This document shows, in pieces, positions 42,101 through 56,300 of a stretch of DNA of 64,000 bases. Where the stretch lies: the NCBI RefSeq assembly GCF_009914755.1, contig NC_060929.1. One strand, written 5' to 3'. Origin of the DNA: the human T2T-CHM13v2.0 reference genome, Homo sapiens. The notes under the pieces were generated by a model. It was not told the origin of the DNA. It made no database searches and was given only the letters and a program-made list of their open reading frames with translations. Numbering within the stretch: the stretch's first letter is position 1; every line of letters starts with the position of its first letter. The translations under genes were made by a program, and so were the position numbers.

Positions 42101-44690
42101 ATTGCACTCGGGTTGCTTCCATTCCATTGCATTCCATTCCACTCCATTGCATTCCATTCCATTACAAACAATTCCATTGCATTCCATTCCATTCCATCCC
42201 AATTGGGTTGAATGCATTCTATTCCATTTCCTTCCATTCTATTCTGTACCATTCCATTCCATTCCATTGCATTCCGTTCCACTCCATTCCATTCGGGTTG
42301 ATTCTATTCAATTCCTTTACACTCCATTCCATTCCATTCCATTCCACACAATTCCATTCCATTCGATTAAATTCCAATTGGGTTGAATCCATTCCGTTCC
42401 ATTTCGTTCCATTCCATTCTATTGCGTACCATTCCATTCCATTCCATTCCTTTCCATTCCATGCCATTCCACTCGGGTTGATTCCATTTCATTCCATTCT
42501 GTTCGGGTTGATTCCATTCCATTCCATTCCATTCCATTCCATTCCATTCCATTCCATTCCATTGCACTCGAGTTGATTCCATTCCATTCCATTCCATTCC
42601 ATTCCATTCCATTCCATTCCATTCCACTCGGGTTGATTCCATTCTATTCTTTTCCATTCCATTCCATTCCCTTCCATTCTAGTCCGGTTGATTCCATTCT
42701 TTCCATTCCACTCGAAATCATTCCCTTTTATTCCACTCGGAATGATTGCACTCCATTCCATTCCATTCCATTCAATTTCGTTCCATTCCATTCCATTCCT
42801 TACCGTTCCATTCCACTCCATTCCATTCCATTCCATTCCATTCCATGCCATTCCACTCGGGTTGATTCCATTCCTTTCCATTACATTCGGGTTGAATCCA
42901 TTCCATTCCATTCCATTCCATTCGTTTCCATTCCATTGCACTTGGGTTGATTCCCTTCCATTCTATTCCATTTCACTCCATTCCATTCCATTCCACTCCA
43001 TTCCATTCGGGATGATTCCATTCCATTCCATTCCATTCCATTCCATTCCATTCCATTCCATTTCGTTCCATTCCATTCTATTCCGTACCATTCCATTCCA
43101 TTCCTTTCCACTCTATTCCATTCCATGCCATTTCACTCAGGTTGATTCCATTCCTTTCCATTCCATTCGGGTTGAATCCATTCCATTCCATTCCATTCCA
43201 TTCCATTCCATGTCACTCGGGTTGATTCCATTCCATTCCATTCCATTCCATTCCATTCCATTCCATTCCGCTCCATTCCATTCGGGATGATTCCATTCCA
43301 TTCCATTCCATTCCATTCCATTCCACTCTGTTTGATTCAGTTCCATTCCATTCCATTCCACGCGATTTGTTTCCATTCCATTCTATTCCGTTTCTTTCCA
43401 TTCCATGCCATACGATTCCTTTCCATTCCATTCCATTCGGGTACATTCCATTCCATTCCATTTCATTCCATTGCATTCTGGTAGATTCCATTCCATTCCA
43501 TTCCATTCCAATACATTACATTCCTTTCCATTCCTTTCCATTCCTTTCCATTCCATTCCACTCGGGTTGATTCCATTCCATTCCTTTCCATTCCATTCCA
43601 TTCCCTTCCAATCCCTTCCATTGCATTTCATTCCAATCCATTCCATTCCATTCCATTCCACTCTAGTTGATTCCATTCCATTCCATTCCATTCCATTCCA
43701 TTCCATTCCATTCCGCTCCATTCCATTCAGGATGATTCCATTCCATTCCATTCCATTCCACTCTGTTTGATTCAGTTCCATTCCATTCCATTCCACGCAA
43801 TTTGATTCCATTCCATTCTATTCCGTTTCTTTCCATTCCATGCCATACGATTCCATTCCATTCCATTCCATTCGGGTACATTCCATTCCATTCCATTCCA
43901 TTGCATTCCATTGCATTCTGGTAGATTCCATTCCATTCCATTCCATTCCATTCCATTCCATTCCATTGCACTCGGGTTGATTCCATTCCTTTCCATTCCA
44001 CTCGATTACATTCCCTTCCATTCCAATCGGAATGATTCCATTCCATTCCTTTGCATTCCATTCCATTGCATTCCATTCCACTCTAGTTGATTCCATTCCA
44101 TTCCATTCCATTCCACTCCATTCCATTCCATTCCACTCTAGTTTATTCCATTCCATTCCATTCCATTCCACTCCATTCCATTCCGTTCCATTCCATTCCA
44201 CTCCATTCGGGTTGATTCTACTCAATTCCTTTACACTCCATTCCATTCTATTCAATTCCACACAATTCCATTTCATTCCATTCCATTCCATTCCATTCCA
44301 TTCGATTCCGTTGCACTCGAGTTGATTCCATTCCATTCCATTCCGTTCCATTCCATTCCATTCCATTCCTTTCCATTTCGTTCCATTCCATTCTATTCCG
44401 TACCATTCCATTCCATTCCTTTCCATTCCTTTCCATTCTATGCCATTTCACTCGGGTTGATTCCATTCCTTTCCATTAGCTTCAGGTTGAATACATTCCA
44501 TTCCATTCCATTCCATTCGATTCCATTCCATTGCACTCAGGTTCATTCCATTCCATTCCATTCCATTCCATTCCATTCCATTCCATTCCGCTCCATTCCA
44601 TTCGGGATGATTCCATTCCATTCCATTCCTTTCCCTTCCATTCCATTCCACTCTGTTTGATTCAGTTCCATTCCATTCCATTCCTTTCCA
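30165..44690 (+). repeat. Young 8.8 kb tandem duplication (30165-38950, then 38950-44690 with a ~3.07 kb internal deletion)
   Basis: Near-identical ORF pairs 30227/39015, 32331/41139 and 33067/41875 (offset 8788-8808), then 37395/43133 and 38070/43818 (offset 5738-5748). Confidence 0.9.
30621..32865 (+). repeat. Dispersed paralog of segment ~8770-10845 (also at ~39410-41670 and ~47280-49515)
   Basis: Shared markers tcggaatggttcc, catatcgttcaatt, ccaagccatt and ccatggcatt; ORF pairs 8875/30730, 10311/32331 and 10576/32596. Confidence 0.8.
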
Positions 44691-45929
44691 TTCCATTCCA
44701 TTCCATTCGGGTTGATTCCATTCCTTTCCATTCCACTCGATTACATTCCCTTCAATTCCACTTGGAATGATTCCATTCCATTACATTCCATTCCATTGCA
44801 TTCCATTCCAATCCATTCCATTCCACTCGAGTTGATTCCATTCCATTCCATTCAATTCCATTCCATTCCATTCCATTCCATTCCTTCATATTCCATTCCA
44901 TTCCATTCCATTCGGGTTTATTTTTTTCAAATCCTTTACACTCTATTCCATTCCATTCCATTCCACACAATTCCATTCCATTCCATTCCACTCAAATTGG
45001 GTTGAATCCATTTCATTCCATTTCGTTCCATTCCATACTATTCCGTACCATTCCATTCCATTCATTTCCTTACCATTCCTGCCATTCCAATTGGGTTGAT
45101 TCCATTTCATTCCTTTCTATTCGGGTTGATTCCATTACATTCCATTCCATTCCATTCCATTCCATTCCACTGCACTAGAGTTGATTCCATTCCATTCCAT
45201 GTCATTCCTTTCCATTCCATTCCACTCGGGTTGATTCCATTCTATTCCTTTGCATTCCATTCCATTCCCTTCCATTCCACGCGGGATGATTCCATTCCTT
45301 TCCATTCCACTCGAATACATTCCCTTCTATTACACTCGGAATGATTCCATTCCATTCCATTCCATTCCATTCCATCCCATTCCATTTTGATCCATTCCAT
45401 TCTATTCAGTACCATTCCATTCCATTCCATTCCATTGCATTCCATTCCGTTCCGTGCCATTCCACTCGGGTTGATTCCATTCCTTTCCACGGCATTCAGG
45501 TTGAATCCATTCCATTCCATTCCATTCCATTCCATTCCATTCCATTCCATTCCATTCCTTTCCTTTCCATTGCACTTGCGTTGATTCCATTCCATTCCAT
45601 TCCATTCCATTCCATTCCATTCTATTCCACCCAATTCCTTTCGGGGTGATTCCATTCCATTCCATTCCATTCCATTCCATTCCATTCCATTCCATTCCAC
45701 TCTGCTTGATTCAGTTCCATTCCATTCCATTTCACACGATTTGATTCCATTCCATTCTATTCCGTTTCATTGCATTCCACGCCATAGGATTCCGTTACAT
45801 TCCATTCCACTCGGGTACATTCCATTCCATTCCATTCCATTCCATTCCATTCCATTCCGTTCCATTCCATTCCATTCTGGTAGATTCCATTCCATTCCAT
45901 TCCATTCCATTCCATTCCATTCCATTCCA

Positions 45930-46960
45930 TTACATTACATTACATTACATTACATTGCACTCGGGTTGATTCCATTCCTTTCCATTGCACTCGAATACAT
46001 TCCCTACCATTCCACTCGCAATGATTCCATTCCATTCCGTTGCATTCCATTGCATTCCATTCCATTCCATTCCATTCCATTCCATTCCATTCCAATTGGG
46101 TTGAATCCATTCCATTCCATTTCGTTCCATTCCGTTCTATTCCGTACCATTCCATTCCATTCCATTCCATGCCATTCCACTCGGGTTGACTCTTTTCCAT
46201 TCCATTCCATTCGGGTTGATTTTATTCCATTCCGTTCCATTCCATTCCATTCCATTGCACTCGGGTTGATTCCATTCCATTCCACTACATTCCATTCAAT
46301 TCCATTCCATTCCACTCCATTCCATTCGGGATGATTCCATTCCATTCCATTCCATTCCTTTCCATTCCATTCCACTGCATTCCATTCCATTCCATTCCAC
46401 TCCATTCCATTCCATTCCATTCCATTCCATTCCATTCCATTCCATTACATTACATTGCACTCGGGTTGATTCCATTCCTTTCCATTGCACTCGAATACAT
46501 TCCCTTCCATTCCACTCGCAATGATTCCATTCCATTCCGTTGCATTCCATTGCATTCCATTCCATTCCATTCCATTCCATTCCATTCCAATTGGGTTGAA
46601 TCCATTCCATTCCATTTCGTTCCATTCCGTTCTATTCCGTACCATTCCATTCCATTCCATTCCATTCCATGCCATTCCACTCGGGTTGACTCCTTTCCAT
46701 TCCATTCCATTCGGGTTGATTTTATTCCATTCCGTTCCATTCCATTCCATTCCATTGCACTCGGGTTGATTCCATTCCATTCCACTACATTCCATTCAAT
46801 TCCATTCCATTCCACTCCATTCCATTCGGGATGATTCCATTCCATTCCATTCCATTCCTTTCCATTCCATTCCACTCCATTCCATTCCATTCCATTCCAC
46901 TCCATTCCATTCCATTCCATTCCATTCCACTCCATTCCATTCCATTCCATTCCATTCCGT
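45930..46960 (+). repeat. ~0.5 kb tandem unit, two full copies
   Basis: ORFs 45945/46445 and 46331/46831 (offset 500); gggttgattttattcc at ~46213 and ~46713. Confidence 0.8.
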
Positions 46961-49900
46961 TCCATTCCACTTGGGTTGATTCTATTTCATTCCTTTCCAT
47001 TCCTTTCCATTCCCTTCCATTCCACTCATGTTGATTCCATTCCTTTCCATTCCCCTGGATTACATTCCCTTCCATTCCACTCGGAATGATTCCATTCAAT
47101 TCCATTGCATTCCATTCCAAACGATTCCATTCCATTCCATTCCACTCGATTTGATTCCATTCCATTCCATTCCATTCCATTCCATTCCATTCCATTCTAT
47201 TCCATTCCATTCCTTTCCATTCCATTACATTCCATTCTATTCGTGTTGATTCTATTCAATTCCTTTACCCTCCATTCCATTCAATTTCATTACACACAAT
47301 TCCATTTCATTGCATTCCGTTCCATTTGGGTTGAATCCATTTCATTCCATTTCGTTCCATTCCATTCTATTGCGTACCATTGCATTCCATTCATTTCCTT
47401 ACCATTCCATGCCATTCCAATCATGTTGATTCCATTTCATTCCTTTCTATTCGGGTTGATTCCATTCCATTCCATTCCATTCCATTCCATTCCATTCCAT
47501 TCCGTTCCATTGCACTCGAGTTGATTCCATTCCATTCCATTCCATTCCATTTCATTCCTTTCCATTTCATTCAACTCGTGTTGATTCCATTCTATTCCTT
47601 TCCATTCCATTCCTTTACCTTCCATTCCACTCGGGTTGATTCCATTCCTTTCTATTCCACTCCAATACATTCCCTTCTATTACACTCGGAATGGTTCCAT
47701 TCTATTCCATTCCATTCCATTCCATTCCATTCCATTCCATACCGTTCCATTCCATTTCGTTCCATATCGTTCAATTCCATTCTATTCAGTACCATTCTAT
47801 TCCATTCCATTCCATTGCATTCCATTCCATTCCATGCCATTCCACTCGGGTTGATTCCATTCCTTTCCACTCCATTCGGATTGAATCCATTCCTTTCCAT
47901 TCCATTCCATTCCATTCCATTCCATTCTATTCCACTCCATTCCATTTGGGGTGATTCCATTCCATTTCATTCCATTCCATTCCATTCCATTCCATTCCAT
48001 TCCACTCTGTTTGATTCTGTTCCATTCCATTCCATTCCACACGATTTGATTCCATTCCATTCTATTCCGTTTCATTCCTTTCCACGCCATAGGATTCCAT
48101 TACATTCCATTCCACTCGGGTACATTCCATTCCATTCCATTCCATTCCATTCCATTCCATTCCGTTCCATTCCATTCCATTCTGGTAGATTCCATTCCAT
48201 TCCATTCCATTCCATTCCATTCCATTCCATTCCATTCCATTACAATACATTACATTGCACTCAGGTTGATTCTATTCCTTTCCATTCCACTCGATTACAT
48301 TCCCTTCCATTCCACTCGGAATGATTCCATTCCATTCCATTCCAATCCATTGCATTCCATTCCATTCCATTCCATTCCTTTCCATTCCATTCCATTCCAA
48401 TTGGGGTGAATCCATTCCATTCCATTTCGTTCCATTCCATTCTATTCCGTACCATTCCGTTCCATTCCATTCCAAGCCATTCCACTCGGGTTGATTCCTT
48501 TCCATTCCATTCCATTCGGGTTGATTATATTCCATTCCATTCCATTCCATTCCATTCCATTCCATTCCATTGCACTCGGGTTGATTCCATTCCATTCCAC
48601 TACATTCCATTCAATTCCATTCCATTCCACTCCATTCCATTCGGGATGATTCCATTCCATTCCATTCCATTCCATTCCCTTCCCTTCCATTCCATTCCAT
48701 TCCACTCCATTCCACTTGGGTTGATTCTATTCCATTCCTTTCCATTCCATTCCATTCCCTTCCATTCCACTCGTGTTGATTCCATTCCTTTCCATTCCAC
48801 TGGATTACATTCCCTTCCTTTTCACTCGGAATGATTCCATTCAATTCCATTGCATTCCATTCCAATCGATTCCATTCCATTCCTTTCCACTCGAGTTGAT
48901 TCAATTCCATTCCATTCCATTCCATTCCATTCTGTTCCATTCCATTCCTTTCCATTCCATTACATTCCATTCTATTCGGGTTGATTCTATTCAATTCCTT
49001 TACCCTCCATTCCATTCAATTCCATTACACACAATTCCATTTCATTCCATTCCATTCCAATTGGGTTGAATCCATTTCATTCCATTTCGTTCCATTCCAT
49101 TCTATTCCGTACCGTTCAATTTCATTCCATTCCTTTCCATTCCATGCCATTCCACTCGGGTTGATTCCATTTCTTTCCATTCTATTCGTGTTGATTCCAT
49201 TCCATTCCATCCCATTCCATTCCATTCCATTCCATTGCAATCCAGTTGATTCCATTTCATTCCATTCCATTCCATTCCATTGCATTCCATTCCATTCCTT
49301 TCCATTCCATTCCACTCGAGTTGATTCCATTCTATTCTTTTCCATTCCATTCCATTCCATTCCCTTCCATTCCACTCGGGATGATTCCATTCCTTTCCAT
49401 TCCACTCGAATGCATTCCCTTCTATTCAACTGGGAATGATTCCATTCCATTCCATGGCATTCCATTCCATTCCATGCCATTCCACTCGGGTTGATTCCAT
49501 TCCTTTCCACTCCATTCGGGTTGAATCCTTTCCATTCCATTCCATTCCATTCCATTCAATTGCACTCGGGTTGATTCCATTCCATTCCATTCCATTTCAT
49601 TCCATTCCATTCCATTCCATTCCATTCCATTCCATTCCATTCCACGCCATTCCATTCGGGGTGATTCCATTCCATTCCATTCCATTCCATTCCATTCCAT
49701 TCCATTCCATTCCACTCTGTTTGATTCAATTCCATTCCATTCCATTCCACGCGATTTGATTCCATTCAATTCTATTTCGTTTCATTCCATTCCACACCAT
49801 ACAATTCCATTCCATTCCATTCCATTCTGGTCCATTCCATTCCATTCCATTCCATTCCGTTCCATTCCATTCCATTCCATTCTGGTAGATTCCATTCCAT

Positions 49901-52900
49901 TCCATTCCATTCCATTCCATTCCATTCCATTGCACTCGGGTTGATTCCATTCCTTTCCATTCCACTCGATTACATTCCCTTACATTCCACTAGAAATGAT
50001 TCCATTCCATTTCATTCCATTCCATTGCATTCCATTCCAATCCATTCCATTCCACTCGAGTTGATTCCATACCATTCCATTCCATTCCATTACATTCATT
50101 TCCTTTCCATTCCATTCCATTCCATTCGGGTTGATTCTATTCAATTCCTTTACACTCTATTCCATTCCATTCCATTCGGGTTGATTCTATTCAATTCCTT
50201 TACACTCTATTCCATTCCATTCCATTCCACACAATTCCATTCCATTCCATTCCACTCCAATTGGGTTGAATCCATTTCGTTCCATTTCGTTCCATTCCAT
50301 TCTATTCTGTACCATTCCATTCCATTCATTTCCTTAACATTCCATGCCATTCCAATCGGGTTGATTCCATTTCATTCCTTTCTAATCGGGTTCATTCCAT
50401 TCCATTCCATTCCATTCCATTCCCATCCGCTCCGTTCTATTCCATCCCATTCCTTTCGGGTTGATTCTATTCAATTCCTTTACACTCCAATCCATTCCAT
50501 TCCATTCCACACAATTCCATTCCATTCCATTCCATTCCAAGTGGGTTGAATGCATTCTATTCCATTTCGTTCCATTCATTTCTATTCCGTACCATTCCAT
50601 TCCATTACATTCTATTCCATTGCATGCCATTCTACTCGGGTTGATTCCATTCCATTCCATTCCATTCCATTCCATTCAATTCCATTCCATTCCACTCGGG
50701 TTGATTCCATTCCATTCCTTTCCATTCCATTCCATTACCTTCCTTTCCACTCGGGTTGATTCCTTTCCTTTCCATTCCACTCGATTACATTCCCTTCCTT
50801 TCCACTCGGAATGATACCATTCCATTGCATTGCATTTAATTCCAATCCATTCCATACCATTCCATTCCACTCGAGTTGATTCCATTCCATTCCATTCCAT
50901 TGCATTCCATTCCATTCCATTCCATTCCATTCCATTCCATTCCATTGCATTCCATTCCATTCCATTCCATTCCATTCCATTCCATTCCATTCCATTCCAT
51001 TCCATTTCATTCCATTCCACTCCATTCCATTCCATTCGGGTTGATTCAATTCAATTCTTTACAATCCATTCCATTCCATTCCAATCCACACAATTCCATT
51101 CCATTCCATTCCAATTGGGTTGAATCCATTTCATTCCATTTCGTTCCATTCCATTCTATTCCGTACCATTCCATTCCATTCCATTCCATTCCATTCCATT
51201 CCATTGCATTCCGTTCCATTCCATTCCATTCGGGTTCATTCTATTCAATTACTTTACACTCCATTCCATTCCATTCCATTCCACACAATTCCATTCCATT
51301 CCATTCCATTCCAATTGGGTTGAATCCATTCCGTTCCATTTCGTTCCATTCCATTCTATTCCGTACCATTCCATTCCATTCCATTCCTTTCCATTCCATG
51401 CAATTCCACTCGGGTTGATTCCATTCAATTCCTTTCTATTCGGGTTGATTCCATTCCATTCCATTCCATTCCATTCCTTTCCATTCCATTCCCTTGCACT
51501 CGAGTTGATTCCGTTCCATTCCATTCCATTCCATTCCATTCCACTCGGGTTGATTCCATTCTATTACTTTCCATTCCATTCCATACCCTTCCATTCCACT
51601 CGGGTTGATTCCATTCCTTTCCATTCCACTCGAATACATTCCCTTCTTATCCACTCGGAATGATTCCAATCCATTCCATTCCATTCCATTTCGTTCCATT
51701 CCATTCTATTCAGTACCATTCCATTCCATTCCATTCCATTGCATTCCATTCCATTCCATGACATTCCACTCGGGTTGATTCCATTCCTTTCCACTCCATT
51801 TGGCGTGAATCCATTCCATTCCTTTCCATTCCATTCCATTCCTTTCCTTTCCATTGCACTCGGGTTGATTCCTTTCCATTCCACTCCATTCCATTCCATT
51901 GCATTCCATTCCATTCCATTCTATTTCACTCCATTCCATTCGGGGTGATTCCATTCCATTCCATTCCATTCCATTCCATTCCATTCCATTCCATTCCACT
52001 CTGTTTGATTCAGTTCCATTCCATTCCATTCCACACGATTTGATTCCATTCCATTCTATTCCGTTTCATTCCATTCCACGCCATAGGATTCCATTACATT
52101 CCATTCCACTCGGGTACATTCCATTCCATTCCATTCCACTCCATTCCGTTCCATTCCATTCCATTCTGGTAGATTCCATTCCATTCCATTCCATTCCATT
52201 CCATTCCATTCCATTCCATTACATTACATTGCACTCGGGTTGATTCCATTAATTTCCATTCCACTCAAATACATTGCCTTCCATTCCACTCGGAATGATT
52301 CCATTCCATTCCATTCCAATCCATTGCATTCCATTCCATTTCATTCCATTCCATTCCATTCCATTCCATTCCAATTGGGTTGAATCCATTCCATTCCATT
52401 TCGTTCCATTCCATTCTATTCCGTACCATTCCGTTCCATTCCATTCCATGCCATTCCACTCGGGTTGATTCCTTTCCATTCCATTCCATTCGGGTTGATT
52501 ATATTCCATTCCATTCCATTCCATTGCACTCGGGTTGATTCCATTCCATTCCAATACATTCCATTCAATTCCATTCCATTCCACTGAATTCCATTGGGGA
52601 TGATTCCTTTCCATTCCATTCCATTCCATTCCATTCCCTTCCATTCCACTCGCGTTGATTCCATTCCTTTCCATTCCACTGGATTACATTCCCCTCCATT
52701 CCACTCGGAATGATTCCATTCAATTCCATTGCATTCCATTCCAATCGATTCCATTCCATTCCTTTCCACTCGAGTTGATTCCATTCCATTCCATTCCATT
52801 CCATTCCATTCCATTCTATTCCATTCCATTCCTTTCCATTCCATTACATTCCATTCTATTCGGGTTGATTCTATTCAATTCGTTTACCCTCCATTCCATT

Positions 52901-53379
52901 CAATTCCATTACACACAATTCCATTTCATTCCATTCCATTCCAATTGGGTTGAATCCATTTCATTCCATTTCGTTCTATTCCATTCTATTCCGTACAATT
53001 CAATTCAATTCCATTCCTTTCCATTCCATGCCATTCCACTCGGGTTGATTCCATTTCATTCCATTCTATTCGGGTTGATTCCATTCCATTCCATCCCATT
53101 CCATTCCATTCCATTCCATTCCATTCCATTCCATTCCATTGCATTCCAATTGGGTTGAATCCATTCCATTCCATTTCGTTCCATTCCATTCTATTCCGTA
53201 CCATTCCGTTCCATTCCATTCCATGCCATTCCACTCGGGTTGATTCCTTTCCATTCCATTCCATTCGGGTTGATTATATTCCATTCCATTCCATTCCATT
53301 CCATTCCATTCCATTCCATTGCACTCGGGTTGATTCCATTCCATTCCAATACATTCCATTCAATTCCATTCCATTCCAC

Positions 53380-56300
53380 TGAATTCCATTGGGGATGATT
53401 CCATTCCATTCCATTCCATTCCATTCCATTCCATTCCATTCCATTCCATTCCCTTCCATTCCACTCGCGTTGATTCCATTCCTTTCCATTCCACTGGATT
53501 ACATTCCCCTCCATTCCACTCGGAATGATTCCATTCAATTCCATTCCATTGCATTCCAATCGTTTCCATTCCATTCCTTTCCACTCTAGTTGATTCCATT
53601 CCATTCCATTCCATTCCATTCCATTCTATTCCATTCCATTCCTTTCCATTCCATTACATTCCATTCTATTCGGGTTGATTCTATTCAATTCCTTTACCCT
53701 CCATTCCATTCAATTCCATTACACACAATTCCATTTCATTCCATTCCATTCCAATTGGGTTGAATCCATTTCATTCCATTTCGTTCTATTCCATTCTATT
53801 CCGTACCATTCAATTCCATTCCATTCCTTTCCATTCCATGCCATTCCACTCGGGTTGATTCCATTTCATTCCATTCTATTCGGGTTGATTCCATTCCATT
53901 CCATCCCATTCCATTCCATTCCATTGCAATCGAGTTGATTCCATTTCATTCCATTCCATTCCATTCCATTGCATTCCATTCCATTCCTTTCCATTCCATT
54001 CCACTCGAGTTGATTCCATTCTATTCTTTTCCATTCCATTCCATTCCCTTCCATTCCACGCTGGGTGATTCCATTCCTTTCCATTCCACTCGAATACATT
54101 CCCTTCTATTCAACTGGGAATGATTCCATTCCATTCCATTGCATTCCATTCCATTCCATTCCATGCCATTCCACTCGGGTTGATTCCATTCCTTTCCACT
54201 CCATTCGGGTTGAATCCATTCCATTCCATTCCATTCCATTCTGGTAGATTCCATTCCATTCCATTCCATTCCATTCCATTACATTATTTTCCATTACATT
54301 ACATTACATTACATTGCACTCGGGTTGATTCCATTCCTTTCCATTCCACTCGATTACATTCCCTTCTATTCCACTCGGAATGATTCCATTCCATTCCATT
54401 CCATTCCAACTGAGTTGAATCCATTCCATTCCATTCCGTTCCATTCCATTCCATTCCATTCCATTCCATTCCATTCCATTCCATTCCACTCTGTTTGATT
54501 CAGTTGTATTCCATTCCATTCCACGCGATTTGATTCCATTCCATTCTATTCCGTTTCATTCCATTCCACGCTATACGATTCCATTCCATTCCACACCATT
54601 CGGGTACATTCCATTCCATTCCATTCCATTCCATTCCTTTCCATTCCATTCCATTGCACTTGGGTTGATTCCAATTCATTCCCTTCCATTCCATTCCATT
54701 CCATTCCATTCCATTGTATTCCATTCCGTTCCATTCCATTCAACTCCTTTCCATTCCATTCCATTCCATTCCATTCCATTCGGGTTGTTTCTATTCAATT
54801 CCTTTACACTCCATTCCATTCCATTCCATTCCATTCCATTCCACACAATTCCATTCCGTACCATTCCATTCCATTCCATTCCTTTCCGTTCCATGCCCTT
54901 CTAATCGGGTTTGATTCCATTTCATTCAATTTTATTCGGGTTGATTGCATTCCATTCCATTCCATTCCATTCCATTCCATTCCATTCCATTGCATTCCAT
55001 AGCACTCGAGTTGATTCCATTCCATTCCATTCCATTCCATTGCACTAGAGATGATTCCATTCCATTCCATTCGATTCCATTCCATTCCATTCCTTTCCCT
55101 TCCATTCCACTCGGGTTCTTGCCATTCCATTCCATTCCATTCCATTCCATTCCATTACATTCAATTCCACTCGGGTTGATTCCATTCTATTCTTTTCCAT
55201 TCCATTCCATTCCCTTCCATTCCACTCGGGTTGATTCCATTCCTTTCCATTCCACTCGAATACATTCCCTTCTATTCCACTCGGAATGATTCCACTCCAT
55301 TCCATTCCATTCCATTCCATTCCATTTCATTTCGTTCTATTCCATTCTATTCCGTACCATTCCATTCCATTCCATTCCATTCCATTCCATTCCATTCCAT
55401 TCCATTCCATTCCATGCCATTCCACTCGGGTTGATTCCATTCCTTTCCTTTCCGTTCGGATTGAATCCATTCCATTCCATTCCTTTCCATTCAATTCCAT
55501 TCTATTGCACTCGGGTTCATTCCATTCCATTCCATTCCATTCTACACCATTCCATTCGATTCCACTGAATTCCATTGTGGATGATTCCATTCCCTTCCAT
55601 TCCATTCCATTCCATTCCATTCCATTCCATTCCATTCCCTTCCATTCCACTCGCGTTGATTCCATTCCTTTCCATTCCACTGGTTTACATTCCCCTCCAT
55701 TCCACTCGGAATTATTCCATTCAATTCCATTGCATTCCATTCCAATCGATTCCATTCCATTCCTTTCCACTCGAGTTGATTCCATTCCATTCCATTCCAT
55801 TCCATTCCATTCTATTCCATTCCATTCCTTTCCATTCCATTACATTCCATTCTATTCGGGTTGATTCTATTCAATTCCTTTACCCTCCATTCCATTCAAT
55901 TCCATTACACACAATTCCATTTCATTCCATTCCATTCCAATTGGGTTGAATCCATTTCATTCCATTTCGTTCTATTCCATTCTATTCCGTACCATTCAAT
56001 TCCATTCCATTCCTTTCCATTCCATGCCATTCCACTCGGGTTGATTCCATTTCATTCCATTCTATTCGGGTTGATTCCATTCCATTCCATCCCATTCCAT
56101 TCCATTCCATTGCAATCGAGTTGATTCCATTTCATTCCATTCCATTCCATTCCATTGCATTCCATTCCATTCCTTTCCATTCCATTCCACTCGAGTTGAT
56201 TCCATTCTATTCTTTTCCATTCCATTCCATTCCCTTCCATTCCACTCTGGGTGATTCCATTCCTTTCCATTCCACTCGAATACATTCCCTTCTATTCAAC

